Origin: Smithellaceae bacterium
GTDB taxonomy: Bacteria > Desulfobacterota > Syntrophia > Syntrophales > Smithellaceae
Assembly (NCBI GenBank): GCA_963667845.2
Contig: CAXXVL010000002.1
Coordinates: forward strand, 640,001 to 704,000
DNA: 64,000 nt
Direction: 5' to 3'
How positions within the stretch are numbered: the first letter of the stretch is position 1; each line of letters begins with the position of its first letter. A program made the translations under genes and the position numbers. This document shows positions 19,783 through 29,627 of this stretch, piece by piece. The notes below the pieces were generated by a model that had not been told where the DNA came from, did not search any database, and saw only the letters and a list, made by a program, of their open reading frames with translations.

Positions 19783-20967
19783 CTATACTCGGTGCAGCCA
19801 TGCTCTAAATTTTCTGTAACCGGTTATCATTTTCCAGGCACGTGATCGCCGAATCTCATCCAAAGAGCCTTCCAGCATTTGCTTCTCACGGTTCACTTGC
19901 TGATGCTGATCCTCCATTTCATATCTATTCTTGATGATCGTCGCAATCGAACGCAGGTATTTTGACGAAGCCAACAATTGTGCATTTGCAATCTGGCTGG
20001 GGGACTCATCCTGAAGCGCGACCCGATCAATCAAAACACGCTCGTAAACACGCAACCATTTGTCGATTGCTATTGACATGTTTCCATCGTTTCGAATCCA
20101 GTCACTAACTTGCTTTGCATTGCCAGCGCTATAATTTTGCAGTTCGCGAAAGATGCTCTCCTCATTGACCCTGCTTGACTGCATCGTTCTGAAACCGAAA
20201 TTGAGTTTCCGCATGCCGGCAACATTATCGGTAGTGACCATGCCTCCCAACCCGGAGAAATCTGCTACGATGACGGCGCATCCTGTAGCCATAGCTTCAA
20301 GCGCACACCGCGCCTTGGCAAACACCACGTCATAACCGGTCAGAATCTTTTCTGGATGATTAACTACATTTCCAGAACCGGCACCGACAACATCAACCTT
20401 CTCAATACCCGCCCTGGCGCAGGCTGCGCGAATGGCATCGACCAGCTGGTTATCGCCTGCATAATTGCTAAAGATAAGCGCAGACCGTGGCTTCAGCGGC
20501 AAAGGGGAACGCTGTTGAAATCGTTCAATGTCAACAAAATTGTAGATGACCTCAATATCCTGTTCAAGGATCCCCTCCGTTGTCAGCAATCTTTCCCGAC
20601 ACAAATCGTCAACCGCAATATACCGCCGAATCGAAGGGAAGATCGGCGGCAATTCCTCCCAAGGCAGCCAACCATGGCAGACGAAAACTGCCGGGGTTTT
20701 TGGGAAATACATCATTGCCGTCATCGCATCTAAATGATGCTGACCATGGATAATATCGGGAGCCCGCCCAAGTTGTGCCAAATCGTCGATTACCGGAACC
20801 GCTGCCAAACGCAACTCTTCTGCCACATCACCCAGAACAGTACTATAGGCCACCGGATGATGCCCCAGCCTCATCAGGGCCAGTGCCAGATCGCGCACAT
20901 ACAGCTCAGATCCCGCTCTGCCTGCAAGCGTATTGTTGGTAATCAGTATCCGTAAACTGTTGAGCAT
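19783..20967 (-). CDS. GT4-like glycosyltransferase with C-terminal coiled coil
   Basis: ILITNNTL..RAGSELY, DIIHGQH, RCALEAMATG; tail EIRRSRAWK. Confidence 0.75.
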   Translation of the reverse strand: MLNSLRILITNNTLAGRAGSELYVRDLALALMRLGHHPVAYSTVLGDVAEELRLAAVPVIDDLAQLGRAPDIIHGQHHLDAMTAMMYFPKTPAVFVCHGWLPWEELPPIFPSIRRYIAVDDLCRERLLTTEGILEQDIEVIYNFVDIERFQQRSPLPLKPRSALIFSNYAGDNQLVDAIRAACARAGIEKVDVVGAGSGNVVNHPEKILTGYDVVFAKARCALEAMATGCAVIVADFSGLGGMVTTDNVAGMRKLNFGFRTMQSSRVNEESIFRELQNYSAGNAKQVSDWIRNDGNMSIAIDKWLRVYERVLIDRVALQDESPSQIANAQLLASSKYLRSIATIIKNRYEMEDQHQQVNREKQMLEGSLDEIRRSRAWKMITGYRKFRAWLHRV

Positions 20968-20970
20968 GAA

Positions 20971-21831
20971 TCAGACCTTTAGCGATAATCCGAGTGCTTT
21001 TCTTACTTCTGGGGGAGAAGCGATCCGCTTACCAAAGATACAAGCAAGCTCTCGTACCCGGTGCACCATCATTTGATTAGTTGCCAAAACCTCGCGCTTA
21101 TCATCAAACCATAAACAATCTTCCAATCCGACACGAACACCATTGCCGTAAAGGAGCCCCATTGCATTCATGCGAAGCTGGCAGGTACCGATACCACCTC
21201 CTGTCCAATATGAATCGGGCGGCAATTCATTAATCAGTAATCCCAAATGAGCCGGTTTTGCCTGGGCCGTGGCTACATTCCCCAACATTAAATTAAAATA
21301 ATACGGGGGAGAAATAATGCGGCGATCAGCTAGATAACATGCGTAATTAACCATCCCGGAATCAAAAACCTCAAGTTCTGGTTTAATACCGGATTCTGCC
21401 ATACGTTCGGCAAGACGCCGTATGATTTCGGAGCTGTTCACGCTTGTTGATTGACTGAAATTCATTGACGCCAAAGTCAGGCTACCCATGTCGGGTTTCA
21501 CGTCCCCGGCAAGAGTCAATGGATCCGCTCGCTGCTCGAAAGCATTGAAATTTCTTCCGCTCAAAGATACGCAGATAATCACGTCCGGGCAGGCTTCTCG
21601 AATAGAGCCGATCAATTGAGCATAAACTTCCTTCCGGTAGGTCGGTGCGCCTGTGTTGTCCCTGGCATGCAAGTGTATTATTGAAACGCCTAACGCAACG
21701 CAAAGCTTCGCCTCTTCCACAATTTCAGATATCGATGTCGGAACATGGGGAGTCATTGCTTTCGTCAACACCATCCCCGTCGGCGCCATGTTAATGATAA
21801 TTCCGTCCAGCATGGGTACAAAAAAACTCAC
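20971..21831 (-). CDS. Beta-keto acid cleavage enzyme family (BKACE/DUF849, Kce-like)
   Basis: APTG...TPHVP, IIHLHARD (Zn HxH), PELEVFD, VRVGLED. Confidence 0.9.
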   Translation of the reverse strand: MSFFVPMLDGIIINMAPTGMVLTKAMTPHVPTSISEIVEEAKLCVALGVSIIHLHARDNTGAPTYRKEVYAQLIGSIREACPDVIICVSLSGRNFNAFEQRADPLTLAGDVKPDMGSLTLASMNFSQSTSVNSSEIIRRLAERMAESGIKPELEVFDSGMVNYACYLADRRIISPPYYFNLMLGNVATAQAKPAHLGLLINELPPDSYWTGGGIGTCQLRMNAMGLLYGNGVRVGLEDCLWFDDKREVLATNQMMVHRVRELACIFGKRIASPPEVRKALGLSLKV

Positions 21832-22316
21832 TATTCGGTTGACATTTTTCGAAACATTCGTGCGGGATTGCCTATGACCGTGACAGTTGGAGGTACATCA
21901 AGAGTTACCACACTGCCTGCCCCAACCATTGCGTTTTCGCCAATGACTATTCCAGGCAGTATCACACTACCCCCACCTATCTTGGCACCACGACATATTC
22001 GTGGATATGCCATCGCGCCCCCTGCTAATTTGTCGTTCAGGGTGATAACCCCGGGGCCGATAAAGACATCATCCTCGATGACGACCCCTCGAGTGATATG
22101 GCAGGCAGTCTGTATGGAAACGCGATCCCCTATTGTGCATTTGCATATATTACAGTGAGAACCAATCGTGCAACCAGAGCCAATAATCGCGCCTTGATGT
22201 ATCAAGGTGAATGACCCGACACGAGTACCAGCACCAATCAGCACGTCATCCTGTACTTCCACAAGTTCAGGATTATAAAAATGAACCCCGGGGAAACTTT
22301 TTTTACTCGTAAACAT
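21831..22316 (-). CDS. Hexapeptide-repeat (left-handed beta-helix) N-/O-acyltransferase, WxcM/WbpD-like
   Basis: IGSGCTIGSHCNI, IEDDVFIGPGV..LND, IGENAMVGAGSVVT.DVP, GNPAR. Confidence 0.88.
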   Translation of the reverse strand: MFTSKKSFPGVHFYNPELVEVQDDVLIGAGTRVGSFTLIHQGAIIGSGCTIGSHCNICKCTIGDRVSIQTACHITRGVVIEDDVFIGPGVITLNDKLAGGAMAYPRICRGAKIGGGSVILPGIVIGENAMVGAGSVVTLDVPPTVTVIGNPARMFRKMSTE

Positions 22317-22370
22317 TTGATAGCCTTTATTCAATTTTGCAGGTGGATATTAGAATTTCATAGTACCAAT

Positions 22371-23075
22371 CTATAATGTAATCAAAGCACCGCGGTCCAA
22401 CCTGATCGTTCGGTTGCAAACTTTTGCTACAAGTTCCGGCGAGTGCGTTGCGATCACCAGAACACTTGATTTATCAACAATTTCTTGAAGCCGCTGTTGC
22501 GCCTTTTCCTGAAAATCCGTGTCGCCAACAGTCAGCCATTCATCCATCAGGAGAATCTCGGGTTGAGCAAGAGTCCCTATGGAAAAGGCCAACCGCATCT
22601 GCATGCCGGTAGAATAAGTCCGAAGCGGCATGCGGATAAAATCGCCAAGACCTGCGAAATCAACAATACCGCTGATTTTTGAGGATAGCCACTTCCGGTT
22701 GAAACCGAGAAGGGCACCGCGCAGAAAAATATTTTCGATCCCCGTTGCTTCGCCATCCATCCCCAGGCTCAGATCAATCATGCTGGTGACCTTACCCTTT
22801 ATGTTAATGAAACCCTCTGTTGGCTCGTAAACACCGGAAATGACGCGCAGCAATGTGCTTTTGCCTGCGCCATTATGGCCAACAATACCGAGTCGATCTC
22901 CTTCTTTTAAATCAAGACAAATATTTTGCAGGGCCCTCACAACCACTCGACCCTTTTCATTGGAGCCCATACGGCCGCCCGTTGCCGCCTGCATCAGCTG
23001 ATTTTTCAGAGAACGTCCCGTTGTATTATAGATTGGAAAATCAACACTCACGTTATTAAGTAAAATGTGCGACAC
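22371..23075 (-). CDS. wzt: Second polysaccharide ABC exporter ATPase, without a C-terminal CBM
   Basis: GHNGAGKST, YSTGMQMRLAF, DEWLTVGD; only 234 aa. Confidence 0.9.
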   Translation of the reverse strand: MSHILLNNVSVDFPIYNTTGRSLKNQLMQAATGGRMGSNEKGRVVVRALQNICLDLKEGDRLGIVGHNGAGKSTLLRVISGVYEPTEGFINIKGKVTSMIDLSLGMDGEATGIENIFLRGALLGFNRKWLSSKISGIVDFAGLGDFIRMPLRTYSTGMQMRLAFSIGTLAQPEILLMDEWLTVGDTDFQEKAQQRLQEIVDKSSVLVIATHSPELVAKVCNRTIRLDRGALITL

Positions 23076-23084
23076 TGTTATCCC

Positions 23085-23900
23085 CTATAACCAATAAGCT
23101 ATCCGCGAACGAAACCGCCCATAAACCAGTAAAGTAATAAACCATCCTACAACCGCAAATATAATACTGAACTGCCAGTTCAAAGCTGAAGGCAATGATC
23201 CAAGCAACGGAGCACGGACAATTCCGATCAAATGAAAAAAAGGATTAGCATCCAGCAAAAGCATACTTGCACGTTTAGGTAATAGGTGCGGCATCCAGAT
23301 GATTGGCGTCAGATAAAAGAAAACCTGTAAAAGATTTGAGACTATCTGGGGAATATCACGGTAGCGGGCACAAAAAACACCCAGGAGCAGAGCCATCCAG
23401 GTCAGGTTGATAATCAACAACACGAGACCGGCAATTGACAAAAAGGCTATGGTCTTCACAGGCACCCAAAACACAAGTAAGACAAGTGGAAAGATAACAA
23501 GGTTATGAGCAAAAATAATCAGATTCCGCCACAGAACGCGAAGGATATGGATAAATAACGGCAAAGAGATTTGTTTGATCATCGCTTCGGCATCTGTGAA
23601 TCCCGTGCAGCCCTCATTAAGTACTGTCGTAATTAGCACCCATAACATCAATCCGATTGTAAGGAATGGTAAAAACTCTTTCATTGGCTGGCTAAAGAGA
23701 TTACTGAAGACGAAACCAAGCGCGCCGATTAACACGCCCATGCTGATGGTGAGCCAGAAAGGTCCCAGAGATGACCGCCTGTATCGCTGACGAATGTCCT
23801 GCCAGCCAAGAACGCCTGCCAGCTCATATTTTTTTGATGCAGCGTATATGTCACGCCAGCCGGATTTGACCATTTGAAAAATAGAAACTCCAGATATCAC
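23085..23900 (-). CDS. wzm: Second polysaccharide ABC exporter permease
   Basis: DIRQRYRRSSLGPFW, ARYRD, TPIIW, NPF, RAPLLG. Confidence 0.9.
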   Translation of the reverse strand: MISGVSIFQMVKSGWRDIYAASKKYELAGVLGWQDIRQRYRRSSLGPFWLTISMGVLIGALGFVFSNLFSQPMKEFLPFLTIGLMLWVLITTVLNEGCTGFTDAEAMIKQISLPLFIHILRVLWRNLIIFAHNLVIFPLVLLVFWVPVKTIAFLSIAGLVLLIINLTWMALLLGVFCARYRDIPQIVSNLLQVFFYLTPIIWMPHLLPKRASMLLLDANPFFHLIGIVRAPLLGSLPSALNWQFSIIFAVVGWFITLLVYGRFRSRIAYWL

Positions 23901-24421
23901 TTTTTATCACCTAATATGATAGTATCTCATTTGAGGTAAGTCTAAAAGACCTAGGAAAGAATCAAATTCCGAAACACTCTGGAATGGTCAAACGTTAGAA
24001 TTAAATTCATCCGTTCGGCCATTTGCGCGGTCCAGTGCCGATAGCACGAAAGACAGCGGATTAATACTTCAGTCAATAGAAAGATCCAAAGAGTCAAAAT
24101 AATCATTTATCATCTTCTCGGAACAGAAAATTATTTTTAAAAGTCTAAAATTCTCTTTATACAGCTCCGCCTTCTGGATTACGCAGGTGCACTTTTTCAG
24201 GAAATTTGCGTCATTATTATGGGCAAAAATGATTATACCCATAACCAGATCTTATTCCGGATCGGTTATTGTGATATCCAGAAGATCAACTTCTTTGCTT
24301 TACTGTTGGATTTCTTCTTCCGGCTTTTCATATTCCATCATTTTCCGTTTCAGAAAATGACGGGTAAGCTTTGCTTTTCTTCTATGCCCGTTGGCTATGA
24401 GCTGCGAGCCATGAACGATGG

Positions 24422-25495
24422 CTATCTCCCGCCATACATTTTTTCATAATAGTCACGGTAGCTGCCGTCGGTAACTGAGGCGATCCAAGCCTTGTTGTCC
24501 AGATACCACCCGACAGTCTTCTGCATGCCGTCGGTAAAGTTTACCTGGGGAGACCAGCCCAATCGGGTGCGGATTTTTGTGGCGTCAATGGCGTAGCGGC
24601 GGTCGTGGCCGGCACGGTCTTTAACGTAAGTAACCAGTGATCTCCTGTTTTTGCCCCCCGGAAGGAGGCCGACTTTTTCGTCCAAAATGTCGCAAATGGT
24701 GTGGACAATCTCGATGTTCTGCTTTTCGCTATTGCCGCCGATATTGTAAGTCTCCCCGATTTCCCCATGCTCCAGGACCTTGAGGATTGCTGCACAATGA
24801 TCGATGACGTAGAGCCAATCGCGAACATTCCTGCCGTCGCCGTATACCGGTAAAGGTTTCCCTTGCAGGGCATTATTGATAATCAGGGGAATAAGTTTCT
24901 CCGGAAACTGGTAGGGTCCATAATTATTGGAACAATTGGTAATCAGGGTCGGTAATCCGTAGGTATGAAAATAAGCGCTGACCAGATGATCGGAGGACGC
25001 TTTGCTGGCGGAATATGGAGATCGCGGATCATAAGGTGTGGTCTCTTGAAACGCACCGGTTTCACCGAGAGACCCGTAGACCTCATCCGTGCTGACGTGA
25101 AGAAAACGGCAATCTTTGGATGATGTTCCTCCGGGACCACTGAGCCAGGCTTCACGCGCTGCCTCGAGCAGATTAAAAGTCCCCAGTATATTGGTCTCGA
25201 CAAATTCCGCGGGCCCGGTAATGCTGCGATCCACGTGAGATTCTGCGGCGAAATGAACAATGGTGTCTATTTCTTCTTTGGCGAAAATCTGTCTGACCAA
25301 AGCGGCGTCGCCAATATCTCCCTTCACAAACCGGTACCCGGGAGTCTTTTCCACATCCGTTAAATTGCCCGGGTTGCCGGCATAAGTCAACTTATCCAGA
25401 TTAATGATTCTGCAGCCGGGGAAATGCTGCAAGGTATGACGGACGAAGTTGGACCCAATAAAACCGCATCCGCCGGTTACAAGTACTCGTTTCAT
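24422..25495 (-). CDS. rfbB: dTDP-glucose 4,6-dehydratase
   Basis: GGCGFIGSNF, DKLTYAGN, AAESHVDRSI, STDEVYG, YSASK, NNYGPYQFPEKLIP, GHDRRYAID. Confidence 0.96.
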   Translation of the reverse strand: MKRVLVTGGCGFIGSNFVRHTLQHFPGCRIINLDKLTYAGNPGNLTDVEKTPGYRFVKGDIGDAALVRQIFAKEEIDTIVHFAAESHVDRSITGPAEFVETNILGTFNLLEAAREAWLSGPGGTSSKDCRFLHVSTDEVYGSLGETGAFQETTPYDPRSPYSASKASSDHLVSAYFHTYGLPTLITNCSNNYGPYQFPEKLIPLIINNALQGKPLPVYGDGRNVRDWLYVIDHCAAILKVLEHGEIGETYNIGGNSEKQNIEIVHTICDILDEKVGLLPGGKNRRSLVTYVKDRAGHDRRYAIDATKIRTRLGWSPQVNFTDGMQKTVGWYLDNKAWIASVTDGSYRDYYEKMYGGR

Positions 25496-25559
25496 GTTTT
25501 TTATTCCTGTTTAAGGTTATTGTCTCCACAATCATTATCAGCTATGAGCTACGAGCTAT

Positions 25560-27455
25560 TCACAGAACACTGTCATTTTCCTGCGGGGTAAATTCGGGAA
25601 TGATTTCTTTGAGCTTTGCTTTGATGCCCTTCCCATCATGGCGCGCCGCTATTTTCACGAGTTCATCAATTTCACGATACAGGAGTTCTTTGGCTTCCTG
25701 CGGATCTGATGAACCGTTAAAGCAGTTGCCGGAACGAAGGACCATGACTTTTTTATGATCGGTGGGCAGGATGTCTTCTCCCACCGTGATCAATTCTTCA
25801 TACAGCTTTTCACCGTCCCGCAAGCCGGTGAAAACAATTTTGATATCCACATCCGGCTCTTTTCCCGAAAGGCGAATGAGATCGCGCGCCATATCGATGA
25901 TTTTGACGGGAGTTCCCATTCTCAATATGAAAATCTCACCGCCCACGCCCATCGTTCCGGCCTGCAGGATCATCTGAGACGCCTCGGGGATGGTCATGAA
26001 GAAACGGTTGACCTCGGGGTGAGTCACCGTTACCGGTCCCCCCTGCTCGATCTGACGGCGGAAAAAGGGGATAACGGACCCGGACGATCCGATGACATTG
26101 CCGAATCTTACAGCCATAAACCTGGTGCCGTTGCCCTGCTGGCACTGCATAATCAACTCTGTCACTCGCTTGCTGGCGCCCATGACGTTGGTCGGACGCA
26201 CGGCCTTATCCGTCGAAACCAGAACGAATCGATTCACATGATACCGGATCGCCATCTCCATGAGGACGCGGCTACCGATAATGTTATTGTATACAGCCTG
26301 CCAGGGATTCTTTTCCATCATCGGCACGTGCTTGTAAGCCGCCGCGTGGAATATAACATCAGGCTTGTACATTTTGAAGACGTCGTTCATGAGTGCTTGA
26401 TTTTGAACCCGTCCCAAAATGGCCACACAGTGGCGGCAGTAATGTTCGTTTTGCATTTCCATGTGAATGTTGAACAGATTTGTTTCACTCGAATCAAGCA
26501 GAATAATATTGCTCGGCTGATATTTTACAATCTGCCGGCATAGTTCAGAACCGATCGAACCGCCGCAGCCGCTGACCAGAACGGTCTTACCATCAATATA
26601 GTTGCGTATGCCTTCAACATTGAGATGAACCGCAGAACGTCCCAGGAGATCTTCGTAGCTGATGTCCCTCAGAAACTTCACACTAACCCGTCCGTCGATC
26701 AGATCGCCGATGCCGGGCAACATTTTATACGAAATATTGCTTTCTTGACAGGCTTCGACAATGCGCCTGATTTGCTCACCTCTGGCAGACGGGATGGCGA
26801 TCAGGATTTGCTGGATGTTTTCGCTTTTTAAAATTTTGGGCAGACGCTCTAAAGTTCCCAACACCCTTATCCCATGAATCGTCCGCCCCTGCTTTTCCCG
26901 ATCGTCATCTATAAAACCGACCACGTCATAATGCAGCCGGTAATTATCCATGATCTCGCGCAATATTTTTTCACCGGCCTGCCCCGCTCCGATGATCAGA
27001 ATCTTTATTGAGCGGGCGCCGGCCACATCAGTTATCGGAGTGGCACGCGCACTTAAGAGAGACCGGATCGCCATTCGGACACAACCGGTCAAAATAAAGG
27101 TGATAATACCATCAGCAATAAAAACGCCGCGCGAATATCCCGCAAATCCGTTGCCAAAGAGCATAATCAGCAAGATAAGCATGGTCGACAATAAAGAAGC
27201 CCCGCTTAAAAGCCAGAAGTCTCTCACGCCGGTAAAGCGCCATAAACCCCGATAGAGTCCGACTGCGAAAAAAATTACAGATTTCAGAGGGACGATCCAA
27301 AGCAATAGTCCAATGATTTGCTCAATATCAACATGAGCGTAAGTAAATTCAAATCGAATCAGATAGGATAAACTGAGAGAGACGATGAAAAGAATGATAT
27401 CCGTAAATATCATTAAATAGAAGTTCGGATTCTTGAATTGCGGATTCATGACCAT
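25560..27455 (-). CDS. Membrane-anchored UDP-GlcNAc 4,6-dehydratase (PglF/WbpM/CapD family)
   Basis: N-terminal TM helices, IIGAGQAG, GGSIGSELC, AAYKHVP, STDKAV, RFGNVIGSSGSV, GEKLYEEL. Confidence 0.92.
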   Translation of the reverse strand: MVMNPQFKNPNFYLMIFTDIILFIVSLSLSYLIRFEFTYAHVDIEQIIGLLLWIVPLKSVIFFAVGLYRGLWRFTGVRDFWLLSGASLLSTMLILLIMLFGNGFAGYSRGVFIADGIITFILTGCVRMAIRSLLSARATPITDVAGARSIKILIIGAGQAGEKILREIMDNYRLHYDVVGFIDDDREKQGRTIHGIRVLGTLERLPKILKSENIQQILIAIPSARGEQIRRIVEACQESNISYKMLPGIGDLIDGRVSVKFLRDISYEDLLGRSAVHLNVEGIRNYIDGKTVLVSGCGGSIGSELCRQIVKYQPSNIILLDSSETNLFNIHMEMQNEHYCRHCVAILGRVQNQALMNDVFKMYKPDVIFHAAAYKHVPMMEKNPWQAVYNNIIGSRVLMEMAIRYHVNRFVLVSTDKAVRPTNVMGASKRVTELIMQCQQGNGTRFMAVRFGNVIGSSGSVIPFFRRQIEQGGPVTVTHPEVNRFFMTIPEASQMILQAGTMGVGGEIFILRMGTPVKIIDMARDLIRLSGKEPDVDIKIVFTGLRDGEKLYEELITVGEDILPTDHKKVMVLRSGNCFNGSSDPQEAKELLYREIDELVKIAARHDGKGIKAKLKEIIPEFTPQENDSVL

Positions 27456-27747
27456 GTTCTATTTACATCTCCCTGCAATGGAGCGCAAAACCGGTTTTCC
27501 AGCTATATTGAAATCATAGAAACAAAGATCGATACATTAACGGTGTTTTTCATACAATAATTCTATTGGAAATGGAACAGGCTTTTCCAAAAACCAAGAG
27601 AATCTGTATACTTGGCTCCTGTCGTATTATGATTTTTTGTGCAAAACCAAACATCTATCACCTCAAGTGACGGCGTGGGATGTCAAAGCGGCGTCAATTA
27701 CTTAGCCAAGTTTCGCCTCGATTGCTACATGGGGTAGTCTATAAAAA

Positions 27748-28509
27748 TCATATATCTTTAATCTTGTACCAGAGCCGACCGACATATTCTCTGAAAATCA
27801 GCGTATTGTCTAAGAGCCATTGTGATTGCGGAACATACCGTAGGGCGGGAGTTCCAGTAGGCGACGCGTAAAGATAGCTTGCCGGCAGCGGGACGACCTT
27901 TTTGAAGTACTTTCGAAATTCCGTTTCACTTCTTTTCATGTGAAAGGCAGATGTCACCAGCCCGATCTTGATGTCTTTATTCGTGAACATTTTGTTGAAT
28001 TCGATCGCATGTTCATAGGTATTGCGGGATTTGGCTTCTATACGGATTTTTTCGCCGGGTACGCCGAATGCTTCGGCCATTTCCGCCATGAGTGTTGCTA
28101 CAGCGGCTTCGCCTTCCCCCTTGCCGGAACAGACGAGATATTTGGCACTGTGTTTTCTGTACATTTGAACTCCATGGATCAGCCGCACGGTCGTGGACTC
28201 ACCCGGAAATGTCTTCTTTAATGCCCGAATATCATATACTCCCCCCCCCAAGACAACGATGACATCAAGCGGTATTTTTTCTTCAACCGGGTCGTGTCGG
28301 ATATAGTCTTTCTCCAGTTTGTAGCTCAGGTAATGCGATACCGGCTCGATGCTGAGTCCATAAAGCAATATCAAGGTGAATAACAGGAGCAGCGGGCCGC
28401 CTTTTTTCTTACCGGTTGCCAGGCAAATTAAACAACAAACCAAAAACAGGAAAAAAATGATAAAGACAGGATCAACAAACGATTTCATGACATCATAGAT
28501 CTGCTCCAT
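27748..28509 (-). CDS. YdcF/ElyC (DUF218) family membrane protein
   Basis: IVVLGGG, SRNTYEHA, LVTSAFHMKR, REYVG. Confidence 0.88.
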   Translation of the reverse strand: MEQIYDVMKSFVDPVFIIFFLFLVCCLICLATGKKKGGPLLLLFTLILLYGLSIEPVSHYLSYKLEKDYIRHDPVEEKIPLDVIVVLGGGVYDIRALKKTFPGESTTVRLIHGVQMYRKHSAKYLVCSGKGEGEAAVATLMAEMAEAFGVPGEKIRIEAKSRNTYEHAIEFNKMFTNKDIKIGLVTSAFHMKRSETEFRKYFKKVVPLPASYLYASPTGTPALRYVPQSQWLLDNTLIFREYVGRLWYKIKDI

Positions 28510-28700
28510 GAGGTATCGGCTCCCTTCAATTTTCTACGCATTAATCATTGCTTACTGAATATTCCAAACCGCGATCAAATCCGAGTGCCTGTGGCTCCAT
28601 TGCCAGACTATGGACATTCCGTCAGTCTGTCCAAGAAGTATCCTTAATAAATAATTATCTTCTTGCAGGCGCTGCCTTATGAGGAAACTCCATCTTCGCA

Positions 28701-29621
28701 TTACTTTTTATCACGGCGAAAATGCCAGCCGATAAGCCGAAAGTAAACGGCTAATTTCCCGCGCAGGCCGGTCACCATACCGAGGGTGAAAAGAACACCG
28801 AGCGTACTGAGCAGTGTATTCACCAGCAATCTTAAAAAGATTAGAGCCGCAGCCGCTCGATAGTAGGCACCGCTGTGCCACTTCCGCAAAAACTGATATC
28901 GCGACCTGTAAAATTCAATCCGCGATTTTGCATTGTGGCCGATGCTCTGGCCCTGAAGATGATAAATCAAGGCATCGGGTACCTGATAAATGCGCCACCC
29001 GGCGCGCTTCATGGCATAGGCCAGATCCGTCTCTTCAAAAAAGAAAAAGTAACGGTCATCAAAGTACGAAACCTGGTCCAGCGCTTTCTTCCGGATCATC
29101 ATGCAGGCACCGATGGCCGACTCGACTGCCAACGGCCCGGCATGTTCGTATCGCTTGCTGGGATAGCGGTCCGGAAAAAGATATTCCAGCAATGATGTAT
29201 TGGCGGCAAGTGTCAAAAGCGTCGGAAAAGAAGCAATGGAGTTCTGCTTGCTGCCGTCTGCGTTCAAGAGCTGGCCGCAAACGATTGCCGCAAGCGGGTT
29301 CGCCTCGGCAAAGTCCCAAAGTTTCTTTACGGCCCCCGCAGTCAGAACGGCATCCGTATTCATAAGCAGGGCATACTTCCCCTGCATGACGGCAAAACCC
29401 TGATTGTTTGCAGCTCCGAATCCGCGATTTTCTTTGTTGGCAATCGTCTTGACCTGAGGATATTCCTCTTGCAGCATGGCGAGCGAGCCGTCGGCGGAGG
29501 CATTGTCTATGACGATCATTTCGTAGGCAAACGACGTTCCCATCGTTTCAAGAATCGATCCGATGCACGTGCGCAGAAGGTCTTTGGTGTTCCAGTTGAC
29601 AATAATGAATGAGATATCCAT
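28701..29621 (-). CDS. GT2 glycosyltransferase
   Basis: IIVNWN, DNASADG, NRGFGAANN, GACMMIR, FFEETD. Confidence 0.88.
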   Translation of the reverse strand: MDISFIIVNWNTKDLLRTCIGSILETMGTSFAYEMIVIDNASADGSLAMLQEEYPQVKTIANKENRGFGAANNQGFAVMQGKYALLMNTDAVLTAGAVKKLWDFAEANPLAAIVCGQLLNADGSKQNSIASFPTLLTLAANTSLLEYLFPDRYPSKRYEHAGPLAVESAIGACMMIRKKALDQVSYFDDRYFFFFEETDLAYAMKRAGWRIYQVPDALIYHLQGQSIGHNAKSRIEFYRSRYQFLRKWHSGAYYRAAAALIFLRLLVNTLLSTLGVLFTLGMVTGLRGKLAVYFRLIGWHFRRDKK

Positions 29622-29627
29622 TTCACA

